A stretch of 63,636 nt of DNA, counting the filler, from Candidatus Tectimicrobiota bacterium (lineage in GTDB: Bacteria; JACPSX01): the NCBI GenBank assembly GCA_016193065.1. It is 6 parts of 6 records of this genome, joined end to end, with 100 filler letters (N's around TTAATTAATTAA, not from the genome) between each part and the next. Parts side by side here need not be neighbours in the genome. Positions count along the whole stretch, not along the records: positions 19,081 to 39,691 come from JACPSX010000039.1; positions 39,792 to 44,130 come from JACPSX010000121.1; positions 44,231 to 52,802 come from JACPSX010000122.1; 3 more parts are not named here. One strand, given 5' to 3'. The notes beneath the pieces were generated by a model, which saw only the letters and a list, made by a program, of their open reading frames with translations, was not told the DNA's origin and did no database searches. The position numbers and the translations under genes are program-made. The first letter of the stretch is position 1. Every line of letters begins with the position of its first letter. This document shows, piece by piece, positions 38,288 through 47,980 of the stretch.

Positions 38288-39162
38288 TGATCGTATACGG
38301 CGCGCAGGCGGTCCTGAACCACCTGAGTATAGATCTGTGTCGTCGTGATGGCGGAGTGGCCCAGCAGTTGCTGGACCACCCGCAAATCCGCCCCCCCCTC
38401 CAGCATGTGCGTAGCGAACGAATGCCGCAGGGAATGGGGCCCGATCTTCTTTCCCAGACCCGCCCTGCCGGCATATCTTTTAAGTATGCGCCAGAAACTT
38501 TGCCTCGACAACTTTCCTCCCCGGCGGTTCACGAACAGGACGCCGTGATCCTTGCCGCGAATCAGCTTCGGTCTTGAGGAGGCAAGATAGTGCAGCACTT
38601 GCCGGCGAGCCGGCGCCCCCACCGGCACGATCCTCTGCTTGCCTCCCTTCCCTGTGCAGATGAGGAAGCCAAGTCCCAGGTTCACGGCCGAAACCGTCAG
38701 GCTCAGCAGTTCGGAGACTCGCAGTCCCGTCGCATAGAGGAGCTCCAGCATCGCTTGGTCGCGAACCCCGATGGGAGTGTTTCCCTCCGGAACCTGCAGC
38801 AGCTTTTCCACTTCGGCACGGGAGAGAACCTGGGGGAGGCGGCGCCAGTGTCTGGGCGACTTGAGCTCGGAAGCCGGGTCCCAGGCCAGCCACCCCTCCC
38901 GGAAGGCAAATTGGAAAAAAGACTTAACGGCGGAGAGATGCCGGGCCAGAGAGGCGACCGACCTACCCCGCTTCTGCAATCGGGATAGGTACTCCACGAT
39001 GGCCGCAGGGGTAATCCCGCCCAGTTCTTCCACGGAGTTCACCCCGCAGGCCCCCAGGAATCCCACCAAGTCCCGGCGGTAAGCCTCCACAGAATTGGCC
39101 GCCAGTCGCTTCTCAACCCGGAGAAAATGGACGAACTCGGCGACCAGATCTTCTTTTTTCAT
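38224..39162 (-). CDS. xerD: Tyrosine recombinase XerD
   Basis: LYATGLRVSE, GKGGKQR, HSLRHSFATH, LGH..ITTTQIYT, HPRA; no IntI-specific insertion seen. Confidence 0.93.
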   Translation of the reverse strand: MKKEDLVAEFVHFLRVEKRLAANSVEAYRRDLVGFLGACGVNSVEELGGITPAAIVEYLSRLQKRGRSVASLARHLSAVKSFFQFAFREGWLAWDPASELKSPRHWRRLPQVLSRAEVEKLLQVPEGNTPIGVRDQAMLELLYATGLRVSELLSLTVSAVNLGLGFLICTGKGGKQRIVPVGAPARRQVLHYLASSRPKLIRGKDHGVLFVNRRGGKLSRQSFWRILKRYAGRAGLGKKIGPHSLRHSFATHMLEGGADLRVVQQLLGHSAITTTQIYTQVVQDRLRAVYDQCHPRAGKRRVEESWPSGLPR

Positions 39163-39691
39163 TGCCCCTTTCTGTGCAGCGCCGCCACCACGTACCGCAG
39201 TTCCTCGCTCCCCAACCAGCGGCAGACTGCCGTATAGACCCCCAACCCCAGAACCACGATTCCCATCAGTGTTGCCGTTCGAACAATCAAGGGCCGGGCC
39301 GGATCAAAGAACCCCACAGCCAGCGCAAAAATCGCCCCTCCCATCAGCAGGGAGGCCACCCCGGACCTCACCAGGGATTTGACCAGCCGGCGACTTCCCA
39401 GGCGCCCCATCCGCCGGCGCAGTTCGACCATCAGTAAAGTCGCGTTAAAGACCGAAGACAGGCTGGTGGCCAGAGCCAGGCCCCCGTGCTTGAGCGGCCC
39501 CATGAGCATCAGGTTCAGGACAATGTTGAGGAGCATGGCGCAGGCGGCAATTCCCACCGGGGTGCGGATGTCCTGCAGCGCATAAAAAACAGGGGCGATC
39601 ACCTTCACGGCCGTGAAGGCGCAAAGCCCCAGGGAAAAGAAGAGCAAGGCCCAGGCCGTTCCCTGGGTCGTCACCGGGTCGAACTTCCCCC
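39159..39691 (-). CDS. murJ: Lipid II flippase MurJ, 5' truncated
   Basis: 'FYALQDIRTPV...LKHGGLALATSLS'. Confidence 0.9.
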
Positions 39692-39848
39692 NNNNNNNNN
39701 NNNNNNNNNNNNNNNNNNNNNNNNNNNNNNNNNNNTTAATTAATTAANNNNNNNNNNNNNNNNNNNNNNNNNNNNNNNNNNNNNNNNNNNNCCCCTTTGA
39801 CGTCCTTCCCTCCTCCCCTGGGGAGCATGTATTTCACCCGTCCCCTGG

Positions 39849-39994
39849 AGACCTGTGTCATAAGTCCGTTCATGGTTCGACAGGCTCACCACGAACGGAC
39901 GACGACACACGGAAATCCAACCAATTACCCGTTCGTCCTCACCCGGAAACCGGGTACCCGGTCGAAGGGCGAACGGTGGATTGCGACACAGTCT
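39849..39994. mobile_element. ~146-bp MITE (AGACTGTGTC...GACACAGTCT), copy 1
   Basis: TIRs; flanked on both sides by CCTGG (target duplication); near-exact inverse of 42231-42375. Confidence 0.88.
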
Positions 39995-40058
39995 CCTGGC
40001 GGGAGGGGGTTGGGGGAGGGGGAAAAAGGAAAGGGTCAGGGTGAGGGTGGTAAGGAAG

Positions 40059-41117
40059 ATGAAACTTCCCGGGCTGGCGCTTTTCTTGTGCCTCTCACTT
40101 GCCTTTCACCTGGGGTTGTTTGTCCTGGCGGGCTCCGTGGGGAATTTCCCGGCGCGAATGTTGAAGCCACCGGCCCGGCTAAAGTTAATGACGGTTCGGA
40201 CTGTGAGCGCAACTCCACTTGCTCTTGCGCCTGCAAAGAAAGCGCCCCGGCCGCCCGTGGTTTCCCCGAAGCCGCGTTTTTCCCCTGTTTCAAGCGTCGC
40301 ACGCGCTGAGGACACAGTTCCAGCGGAAACTTCTGCGAACGGGGGTGGCTTCACCGAGGGCGCGGCAAGCAGCGACCCTACCGGGTACCCCCTGGGTGCT
40401 CCCGTGCTCTGGGAAGGTGCACTGCCATCCTCCACGAACGTCCTGCCAATTACTTCGGGGACCCCTGGGGGAACCCGGCTAATCCAACCTGCTTCTCCGC
40501 TTCTCCTGCCTGTGGATGATGAGGGCGGCGCCGAGGGTAAGGGGAAATCATCTTTTCCCGGGATGACTCCGATAGTGCCTTCCGCCTCCGATCCCAACTT
40601 CGCCAGAGTCTCCAGCAAAGCTCTCATCCACCTGCCCCCTCGCCCTCCCGGGGAGGGAGAGGGGCGGGGTGAGGGTGGAAATAAATCAGGCGGTCTCGGG
40701 CCGGCCACGTCGAGCCTGGGGCCGGGAGGATCCGGAACAGGCGGGACCGGATCTCGCGGAGGGGAAGGTCCAGGAAAAGCCATGAGCGGGATTCCTAAAG
40801 GAAACGGGGGCGGCCTCAACGGGGAAGAAGCATTTGTCCCACTAAGAATCGTTGGACTTAAAAAGCCGGTCTACCCGGAGGATTCCCGCCGTGGAAGGCT
40901 GGGAGAGGAAGGGACCGTGATCCTGGGAGTTTCAGTGGGCGCTGACGGCAAGCGGGAAAAGATCCGAGTCGTCAAATCCAGCGGCTTTTCAAGGCTCGAC
41001 CAGGCCGCCATTGCCGCCCTGGAGAGCGCCACCTTCGTGCCGGCCACCCGAGGAGGAAAGCCGGTTCCCATGGAGAAAAAGATCTCATTTACGTTCCGTT
41101 TGGAAGATGAACCATGA
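40059..41117 (+). CDS. TonB family energy transducer
   Basis: N-terminal TM with SLAFH, Pro/Gly linker, C-terminal 'PVYP..SRR..EEGTV...KSSGFSRLDQAA'. Confidence 0.85.
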   Translation: MKLPGLALFLCLSLAFHLGLFVLAGSVGNFPARMLKPPARLKLMTVRTVSATPLALAPAKKAPRPPVVSPKPRFSPVSSVARAEDTVPAETSANGGGFTEGAASSDPTGYPLGAPVLWEGALPSSTNVLPITSGTPGGTRLIQPASPLLLPVDDEGGAEGKGKSSFPGMTPIVPSASDPNFARVSSKALIHLPPRPPGEGEGRGEGGNKSGGLGPATSSLGPGGSGTGGTGSRGGEGPGKAMSGIPKGNGGGLNGEEAFVPLRIVGLKKPVYPEDSRRGRLGEEGTVILGVSVGADGKREKIRVVKSSGFSRLDQAAIAALESATFVPATRGGKPVPMEKKISFTFRLEDEP

Positions 41118-42286
41118 GTGAGAAGGCCGCGAGGATCGGAAAAATGTTTCGTGCCTGGACCCCTGCGGACGGACCTTTCTTTCCCGTCCTAGTCGTGACG
41201 GTCATTTTCAGTGCAACGTTTCTTGCCCGGGTAGCATTCTTTGGGAGCCTCCCCCGCGCGGAAGAGCTTCCTTCTCCCAACGCAGCGAGTGCGAAGGGTA
41301 CCCAGTTCTGCGCCCGCATCGTTTCCCTGGCTCCGAGCATTACGGAAGTGTTATTTGCCCTCGGGTTCGGGGACCAGATCGTGGGGGTTTCCGAGTACAC
41401 CCGGTATCCCCCCGAGGCCATCGGAAAGCCCAGGATCGGGGGGTACATCAATCCCAATTACGAGGCGATCGTCCGGCTTGATCCAACGCTGGTGGTCCTG
41501 CTGGGTGAACACTGGGGGGCCAGGAAAGCCCTGGAGGAGCTGGGATTGAGGACTCTCCTCGTAAACCACAAGACGGTGGAGGGGATTCTCGATTCCATGC
41601 GGCGGCTGGGGGCTGCTTGCGGCAAGGAGCGGCAGGCTGCAGAAGTCGTGAGCCGGATTGAGGAAAGGGTGCAGTCAATCCAGGAGAGGACCCGAGGGCT
41701 GCCGCGGCCTCGGGTGATGATTTCCGTGGGGCGCAACTTTAGCGGGGAGAATCTGGTGGACGTTTACGTCTCGGGCAGAGACGGTTTTTACAATGAGCTC
41801 CTGACGCTCGCCGGTGGGGTCAACGTCTATGAGGGAGAGACGGCAAAGCTTCCGGTGCTTTCCCGGGAAGGGCTCCTGCATCTGAACCCGGAGGTGATCA
41901 TCGACATGATCGGTGACAAAGTAAACAACCACATAGGCGATGAGGAAGTTCTGCGCTTGTGGCGGAGTGTGCCGGGGATCGAAGCGGTGCGCCGGGGGCG
42001 AGTCTACGTCTTTCACCAGGACTATGCCGTGATTCCAGGGCCCCGGTTCGTCCTCCTGCTCGAAGACCTGGCCCGGACCTTGCACCCCGAAGCATTCCGA
42101 AAGGATTCCCTCTCCTTTCTGTTGCCCTCACCCCATATCGATTCCCCTCTCCCCACCCGGGGAAGACAGTCCCTTTCTTCCTCCCTCACTGAGGTGGAGG
42201 ATAGGCCCTTTTTCTCTCCCTCCCCCCTTGAGACTGTGTCGCAATCCACCGTTCGCCCTTCGACCGGGTACCCGGTTTCCGGGTGA
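41114..42286 (+). CDS. Helical-backbone (BtuF/cobalamin-heme-siderophore) substrate-binding protein with repeat-derived C-terminal tail
   Basis: RIVSLAPSITEVLFALG, PNYEAI, PGPR. Confidence 0.87.
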   Translation: MSEKAARIGKMFRAWTPADGPFFPVLVVTVIFSATFLARVAFFGSLPRAEELPSPNAASAKGTQFCARIVSLAPSITEVLFALGFGDQIVGVSEYTRYPPEAIGKPRIGGYINPNYEAIVRLDPTLVVLLGEHWGARKALEELGLRTLLVNHKTVEGILDSMRRLGAACGKERQAAEVVSRIEERVQSIQERTRGLPRPRVMISVGRNFSGENLVDVYVSGRDGFYNELLTLAGGVNVYEGETAKLPVLSREGLLHLNPEVIIDMIGDKVNNHIGDEEVLRLWRSVPGIEAVRRGRVYVFHQDYAVIPGPRFVLLLEDLARTLHPEAFRKDSLSFLLPSPHIDSPLPTRGRQSLSSSLTEVEDRPFFSPSPLETVSQSTVRPSTGYPVSG

Positions 42287-42375
42287 GGACGAACGGGTAA
42301 GTGGTTGGATTTCCGTGTGTCGTCGTCCGTTCGTGGTGAGCCTGTCGAACCATGAACGGACTTATGACACAGTCT
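42231..42375. mobile_element. 145-bp MITE, copy 2 (inverted)
   Basis: TIRs; flanked on both sides by CCTTG. Confidence 0.88.
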
Positions 42376-42454
42376 CCTTGGGGAGAGGGTCAGCCTGCCG
42401 CCGCGCCCGCGGCGCAGGCAGGGGTGAGGGGTCCTTGGAACACTAAGGACCAGC

Positions 42455-43246
42455 ATGGCAGAGCCTCTCGTCCAAATTAAGAATTATTCCTTTCACTTCG
42501 GTCACACGATGGTTCTGGATCACGTGAACCTGACCCTGGAGAAGGGTGAGTTTCTGTCCATCGTGGGCCCCAATGGCGCCGGCAAGACGACGCTCCTCAA
42601 GTGCCTGGATCGCATTCTCACGGGGGGTCGTGGCCTGATAACGATCAGAGGAAGACTCCTCGATGACTATTCCCAGAAAGAACTGGCGAAATGGATCGGA
42701 TACGTCCCGCAGGCCAGTGGTCCTGTTCCGCCCTTCACCGTGGAAGAGTTCGTGAGGATGGGAAGGTACCCCTACCGGGGCCTGTTTACTCCCATGACCC
42801 CCAAGGATGAATCTGCAGTCTTGGAAGCGCTGGAGGTGACCGGCGTCCGGGAGTTTTCCCCTCGCCCACTTACAGCTCTGAGCGCCGGCGAACGCCAGAA
42901 GGTTACCATTGCAGCAGCCCTGGCGCAGGGGACGGAGCTCTTGCTCCTGGATGAACCTGCCACCTTTCTCGACCCCAAGCACCAGGATGAGATTTACGCC
43001 CTCCTGCACCGGGTCAACCGGGATCGCGGGGTCACCATTCTCCAGGTGACCCACGATCTCAACCAGGCGGTCCTGGTCAGTGGGCGCGTGGTGGCGCTGG
43101 TGCGGGGGAAGATTATGTTCACAGGCTCTGGCGCCGACTTGATGGACAACCGGATCCTGGAGAAGATCTATCAGAAATCCTTCCGGTTCGTGACGGACCC
43201 TCAAACCGGAATGCGCCTGGTCCTGCCCGAGGTGGCCGGGGGATGA
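42455..43246 (+). CDS. Iron/cobalamin ABC ATP-binding protein
   Basis: GPNGAGKTT, LSAGERQ, LLDEP, THDLN. Confidence 0.92.
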   Translation: MAEPLVQIKNYSFHFGHTMVLDHVNLTLEKGEFLSIVGPNGAGKTTLLKCLDRILTGGRGLITIRGRLLDDYSQKELAKWIGYVPQASGPVPPFTVEEFVRMGRYPYRGLFTPMTPKDESAVLEALEVTGVREFSPRPLTALSAGERQKVTIAAALAQGTELLLLDEPATFLDPKHQDEIYALLHRVNRDRGVTILQVTHDLNQAVLVSGRVVALVRGKIMFTGSGADLMDNRILEKIYQKSFRFVTDPQTGMRLVLPEVAGG

Positions 43247-44130
43247 TCCGCGAGAAAAACAAAAGGGTCTTCCTCACCGGCTGTGCTCTCCTCACTCTTG
43301 GAATCCTGGTGATAACCCCGCTGATTGGCATCGAGACAATTTCCCCGACTGCCGTGCTGGATCCGGTCCGGGGTGGTTCGGACTTCCAGCTTTTCTGGCA
43401 GCTCCGCTTCCCCCGTGTCCTCATTGCCATGCTGGCCGGAGCGGGTCTGGCGGTCAGCGGCATGGCCTACCAGGCCCTGTTCCGCAACCCCATGGCCACT
43501 CCGTTCACACTGGGAGTTTCCAGCGGAGCCTCTCTGGGGGCTGCCCTCTACGTCAGCGCCGGGCTCTCGTTTTCTCTGCTGGGGGTGTCGGGGATCTCTC
43601 TGGCAGCGTTTGCGGGCTCCATCTTATCGATTCTCTTTGTTTACGGGTTCACGCGGGTGAGCCGCGGGTTCTCCACCACGACGATGCTGCTGGCCGGAAT
43701 TGCCGCCAGCTTCTTTTTCTCCAGCGTCATCTTGTTCCTGCAATACGTCAGCGACTTCACCCAGTCCTTTCTCATCTTGCGCTGGCTGATGGGGGGTCTG
43801 GGGGTGGTGGGATACCGCTCTGTCCTCGATGTGCTCCCGTTTGTTCTCAGCGGCGGAGCGATTACCGTGGCCCTCACCCACGAGCTGAACCTGCTCGTTA
43901 GCGGCGAGGAAATTGCGGTCAGCCGGGGCGTCAACGCGGTTCGTGTCCGGAAGCTGATCTTCTTTGCCACCTCGCTTATGGTAGGGGGAATCGTGGCCAT
44001 CACGGGCCCCATCGGCTTTGTGGGGATGATGGTGCCCCACATCTGCCGTCTGATCCTCGGGCCGGATCACCGCCAACTGATCCCTGCCACACTTCTTCTG
44101 GGAGGCGCATTCCTGGCGATCTGCGATACC
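43243..44130 (+). CDS. FecCD/BtuC family permease, 3' truncated
   Basis: LRFPRV, FRNPMATPFTLGVSSGA, GPIGFVG. Confidence 0.92.
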
Positions 44131-44378
44131 NNNNNNNNNNNNNNNNNNNNNNNNNNNNNNNNNNNNNNNNNNNNTTAATTAATTAANNNNNNNNNNNNNN
44201 NNNNNNNNNNNNNNNNNNNNNNNNNNNNNNTTTATCTTTGAGATTCGAATTGTACCTCAACATGTCTCGATCCTCTCAAAATCCCCCCTGCCCCCCTTTT
44301 TCAAAGGGGGGTTATGTTAGCGCTTATGCCCTCTGGGGGAAAGGGGATCTCGATTGCGCGAATTTCTGACTCAGGACA

Positions 44379-45392
44379 TTAGAGGGCGGATTCTTTTACC
44401 AGCTTTTCCAGGGCCTCCAGGCTCCGGGGGATGATTTCCGCGATTTCCCGGCTTGATCCCAGGGCGTTTGTGAGGATCTGGTGAAATTCGGGACGGATCT
44501 CGCGGCGGACCTCCTCGGGAAGGGCAGCGAACATCCGTGTCATGTTCCCTACCCAGTCGTCGTAGATTCCGGGGTCCACCTGTTTGCGCTCGTAGAGGTA
44601 CCCCTCAAAGCAGCCGGTCTTTGCGGCCAGGGCGAAGAGTTCAGCGTAGAGTGACATGGCGCCTCCTGTCCATAGTGTCCTTGCCGTTTCCTGAGAGAAA
44701 AATGTGAGCCGGGCGATGGCTTCCATGGCCCGGGACATCAGGGCGACCCCTTCTTCAGGCCCTCGGGCGTAAAGGGCGGGACCGATCCGGACCTCGACTC
44801 GCCGCGGCCACCTCCCCCGATAGCGAATCCCCACAGGGATGAAGGGGAGCGGCGCCGCGGATTCCTCTTTCCAAAATTTCAACAGGTGCTCGACGAGGCG
44901 GGTTTTTCCGGGACCCATCCGCTCCGGGAAATAGGTGCCCTCGGGAAAGATGACTATAAATTGCCTCTCGTGCAGCAAGGTGCGCAGGTAGCGGAAGGAA
45001 TCCACGTGAGATTCGGGGTGCTCGCGGTCCAGGGGAATGCCTCCGAGCAGGGTCATGAGGCGGGCCCGAGGAGGAAATTGGAAGAGTTCTTTTTTCGCCA
45101 CGAAGTGAAGATCTCGCGGGATGGCCAGGGTCACCGCCGGGGTATCCATCCAGTGCTGGTGTTTGACCAGGAAGATCCCGGGACCTTCCGGCGGCAGGAT
45201 TTCCCGGCCTTCCACGTGAAAGCGGTATTTCAGGGAAAGGAGGATCCGGCCAACCCCTTTGATGGCTTTCAGCAGTGCGGGGCTCCGGCGGATGGAGGAT
45301 CTGCGGATTGCAAAGCGTTCGGGAGCAGCTCCTTCAGATTTCATCTCAAAGACCGGGTGGCCGGATGACCTGTTCCTGCAAAGAGGATTCAT
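44379..45392 (-). CDS. Lysophospholipid acyltransferase (PlsC-like) running in frame into a small helical protein
   Basis: HQHWMD (HX4D), FVAKKELF, FPEGT. Internal AGGAGG RBS and ATG at 44657. Confidence 0.8.
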   Translation of the reverse strand: MNPLCRNRSSGHPVFEMKSEGAAPERFAIRRSSIRRSPALLKAIKGVGRILLSLKYRFHVEGREILPPEGPGIFLVKHQHWMDTPAVTLAIPRDLHFVAKKELFQFPPRARLMTLLGGIPLDREHPESHVDSFRYLRTLLHERQFIVIFPEGTYFPERMGPGKTRLVEHLLKFWKEESAAPLPFIPVGIRYRGRWPRRVEVRIGPALYARGPEEGVALMSRAMEAIARLTFFSQETARTLWTGGAMSLYAELFALAAKTGCFEGYLYERKQVDPGIYDDWVGNMTRMFAALPEEVRREIRPEFHQILTNALGSSREIAEIIPRSLEALEKLVKESAL

Positions 45393-45411
45393 GTCTTGAG
45401 GATAGGCCCGC

Positions 45412-46023
45412 TCAGAAAAGCGTCATCTGCTCGCTTACCCGGGTCGGCTCGATGCCCGCCTCCAAAAGGGTCTTTAGATAGCTGAAATCTTCCTTGAGGG
45501 AGACCAGAAGCCCTCCCTGGTGCAGGGCGGCCGCGGGATGGTACATAGGGACCACCACGTAGCCGTCGACTTGAAACGACTGGCCCCGCAGTTTGCTGAC
45601 CCCGACTTTCTTTTTGAGAAGAAGCTGGGTCGAAAAGTTTCCCAAGGTGCACACGATCTTGGGTTTGATCAGCTCGATCTGCTTCAAGAGGTAGGGCTTG
45701 CAGCTTTCAATTTCTTCCGGAAGAGGATTGCGGTTTCCCGGAGGGCGGCATTTGATCACGTTGGCGATGTAGACGTCGGTTCGCTTCATGCCGATGTTTT
45801 CCAGAAGCTCGGAGAGCAGCCGGCCGGCGGAGCCCACGAAGGGCTCCCCTTTGAGATCCTCGTGGTAGCCAGGGGCCTCGCCCACGAACATGATCCGGGC
45901 CCTGTGATTCCCTGCCCCGAAGACCACCTGGGTGCGGGATTGCGACAGGGGGCAAAGCGTGCAACCCTTGGCCTGTTCTCCGAGGTCCTCAAGAGTATTC
46001 ACCCGTTCCTCCTCTTCCCTCAT
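45412..46023 (-). CDS. Family 4 uracil-DNA glycosylase
   Basis: CTLC, VGEAPG, PFVG, KCRPPGNR, YHPAA. Confidence 0.94.
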   Translation of the reverse strand: MREEEERVNTLEDLGEQAKGCTLCPLSQSRTQVVFGAGNHRARIMFVGEAPGYHEDLKGEPFVGSAGRLLSELLENIGMKRTDVYIANVIKCRPPGNRNPLPEEIESCKPYLLKQIELIKPKIVCTLGNFSTQLLLKKKVGVSKLRGQSFQVDGYVVVPMYHPAAALHQGGLLVSLKEDFSYLKTLLEAGIEPTRVSEQMTLF

Positions 46024-46754
46024 GTTTGCCCCTCCTTGATGGCCTTGACGATGAGATGACCCCGGACCGTTAACCGGCAACCTTCCCTCTGGAAAGAATC
46101 GAGCAGCCCCGCCCAGCGCCCGTCCCTCTCCCATTTTTCCCGAAGCTGCCCCGAGACCAGCCCGGATTGCAGGAATTCTTCTTTGCCGCGGAAGCGCACC
46201 GCGTCCTGTTCGACTCCGAGGTACTCGATCCGGAAACCCAACTCCCGCAGGCAGGCCGCCATGTCCTCCTCGTTCCATGCGAACCGGGAAAGGATGCCCG
46301 TTTCTTGCCACTGACTGCGGTGGAACGCCTCGAACAGGAAGACGCCGACTGGAGCCAGGGCCCGGTAGGCACGAGCCATAATCGCAGAGGACATGCACAA
46401 ATTGGCTGCCACCAAGTGAACGGGGCTTCCAGCGACCAGGTCCCGGTATTCGATCTGTTCCGCGTCCGCGCAGACAAACCCAACGCGGGTGCAATGTAAC
46501 TCTTCCGCCCGCGTTCTGGCAAGATCAATCTGAGACGGGTCCCAGTCGATTCCCACAACCCGTGCGGCCCGGGCCGCCAGGTGGAGAGCCAGCCGGCCCC
46601 GGCCGCAGCCCACATCAATCGCCGTGAAATTCTCAAGTCCCACGATGCCATCGATGAGCACCGTGAAGGTCGAGCTGAGGTCGTGTTCCGCGGCGCTCCA
46701 CCCAACTTGGGGATCATACTCGAATTCCCGCCTCTGGAAGGGGACGTAAGTCAT
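46020..46754 (-). CDS. Class I SAM-dependent methyltransferase
   Basis: IDVGCGRG motif I. Confidence 0.85.
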   Translation of the reverse strand: MTYVPFQRREFEYDPQVGWSAAEHDLSSTFTVLIDGIVGLENFTAIDVGCGRGRLALHLAARAARVVGIDWDPSQIDLARTRAEELHCTRVGFVCADAEQIEYRDLVAGSPVHLVAANLCMSSAIMARAYRALAPVGVFLFEAFHRSQWQETGILSRFAWNEEDMAACLRELGFRIEYLGVEQDAVRFRGKEEFLQSGLVSGQLREKWERDGRWAGLLDSFQREGCRLTVRGHLIVKAIKEGQT

Positions 46755-46832
46755 GCCGACTCACCTTGTGGGTAAGACCTGCTCTCAGAGGTCTCCCGTT
46801 GCCTCGGGGATGTGAGAGAAGATGTTCCGGAC

Positions 46833-47645
46833 TCAGCGGCGGCGCAGGGCGATCACTTCCGTGCGAGGGGGCAAGGTCTTCTTGTTCACCACCAGGGTGT
46901 CGGAATCGGAGCGCACGCTCCGCCAGTTCCCCTTCAGGAACTCCGCCAAGAGGCTCTCGCTGTCGTAGTAGTGCATGGGAATCGCGATCTTGGCCTTGAT
47001 CTGAGCCATCACCTCTTTGGCCGTGATGGGGTCCATCGTGTACCGTCCACCGATGGGGATAAGGACCACGTCGACCTTGCCCAGTGCAGCCAACTGATCC
47101 TCGTTCATCTCGCTGCCTAGATCTCCCAGGTGGGCGATGCAGAGGTCGTCCACCTCGAAGACGAAGGCGGAGCCTTTGTATTGCCCCTCAAACCCTCTCT
47201 GGTAGATGGGGATGTTGAAGATGTGGGTGTCCCGGACGTGGGTATCCACCCGATTCCACTCCGTTCCCCCCGCCGCCAGTCCCCGGAGAACCGGCGGCCT
47301 TCCCCCCACCAGGTGGGCGCTGTTGTGATTGGGGTGCTCGCGCCCTATGGTAATCACGTGGGGGTAGATTTCAGGAATGGGATAGCCGATGAAACCGAAG
47401 GGATCGGTGGCGATCCGCGTTCCTTGACTGGTGGTGATCTGGAAATAGCTGTGGCCGAACCACTGGATGGTTACGTCTCCCTGGGCCGCCGCCGCCTTCT
47501 TGGGGGCAAAGAGCTTCAGGAAGGTTCGAGGGAGCTTCTGGACCAGGTTTAGGTCCTTGCAGCCTGCCGCTGCCGGACCCGCTGAAGCCGCCAGAAGCAA
47601 AAAGCAGGAGACCAGGATCAAAAGGGCAAACCGGCCTCGTTTCAT
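46833..47645 (-). CDS. Secreted MBL-fold hydrolase
   Basis: Signal peptide; WFGHS, TDPF, HPNH, HLGD, IPMHY. Confidence 0.85.
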   Translation of the reverse strand: MKRGRFALLILVSCFLLLAASAGPAAAGCKDLNLVQKLPRTFLKLFAPKKAAAAQGDVTIQWFGHSYFQITTSQGTRIATDPFGFIGYPIPEIYPHVITIGREHPNHNSAHLVGGRPPVLRGLAAGGTEWNRVDTHVRDTHIFNIPIYQRGFEGQYKGSAFVFEVDDLCIAHLGDLGSEMNEDQLAALGKVDVVLIPIGGRYTMDPITAKEVMAQIKAKIAIPMHYYDSESLLAEFLKGNWRSVRSDSDTLVVNKKTLPPRTEVIALRRR

Positions 47646-47827
47646 AGCCCCCTCCTCGTGCAGTTGACCACCCGGAAAACACTCCCTTTTAGGGTCTAGA
47701 CGATTTTTTATTATACGCACGGGACCCGGTCGCAGCAAGAATGGTTTTCAAGGCGGTTGTGGATCAGGAGGATTTGGATTGGGGTACGACACCGGTCACT
47801 TCCTCGGCCGTCCTGGGGAAGGCGGCG

Positions 47828-47965
47828 CTCCGCGATGTCCATGATGATGTCTTTCGCCAGGTGGTCGATCGATTCATCGACGTCCCGATAATACTTCTTG
47901 ATAGCGTCGAGAATATTCCCTCGCGTAGCCACTGCAGGCTTGACGTCGCAGCCGCTGCTAAAGCG
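47828..47965 (-). pseudogene. Fragment of a PilB/GspE ATPase N-terminal domain
   Basis: RFSSGCDVKPAVATRGNILDAIKKYYRDVDESIDHLAKDI matches the PilB 'F.TG..V.P.VA....I..AI.KYY' pattern; no start codon or ATPase domain. Confidence 0.6.
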
Positions 47966-47980
47966 GCGTTTTTCAGCAGC

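Noticed and set aside
38224-39162. xerD as the integrase for the cassette island
   Set aside because: It is on a different contig, in a core-gene context, with typical XerD motifs and no IntI-specific insertion. Nothing links it to the island.
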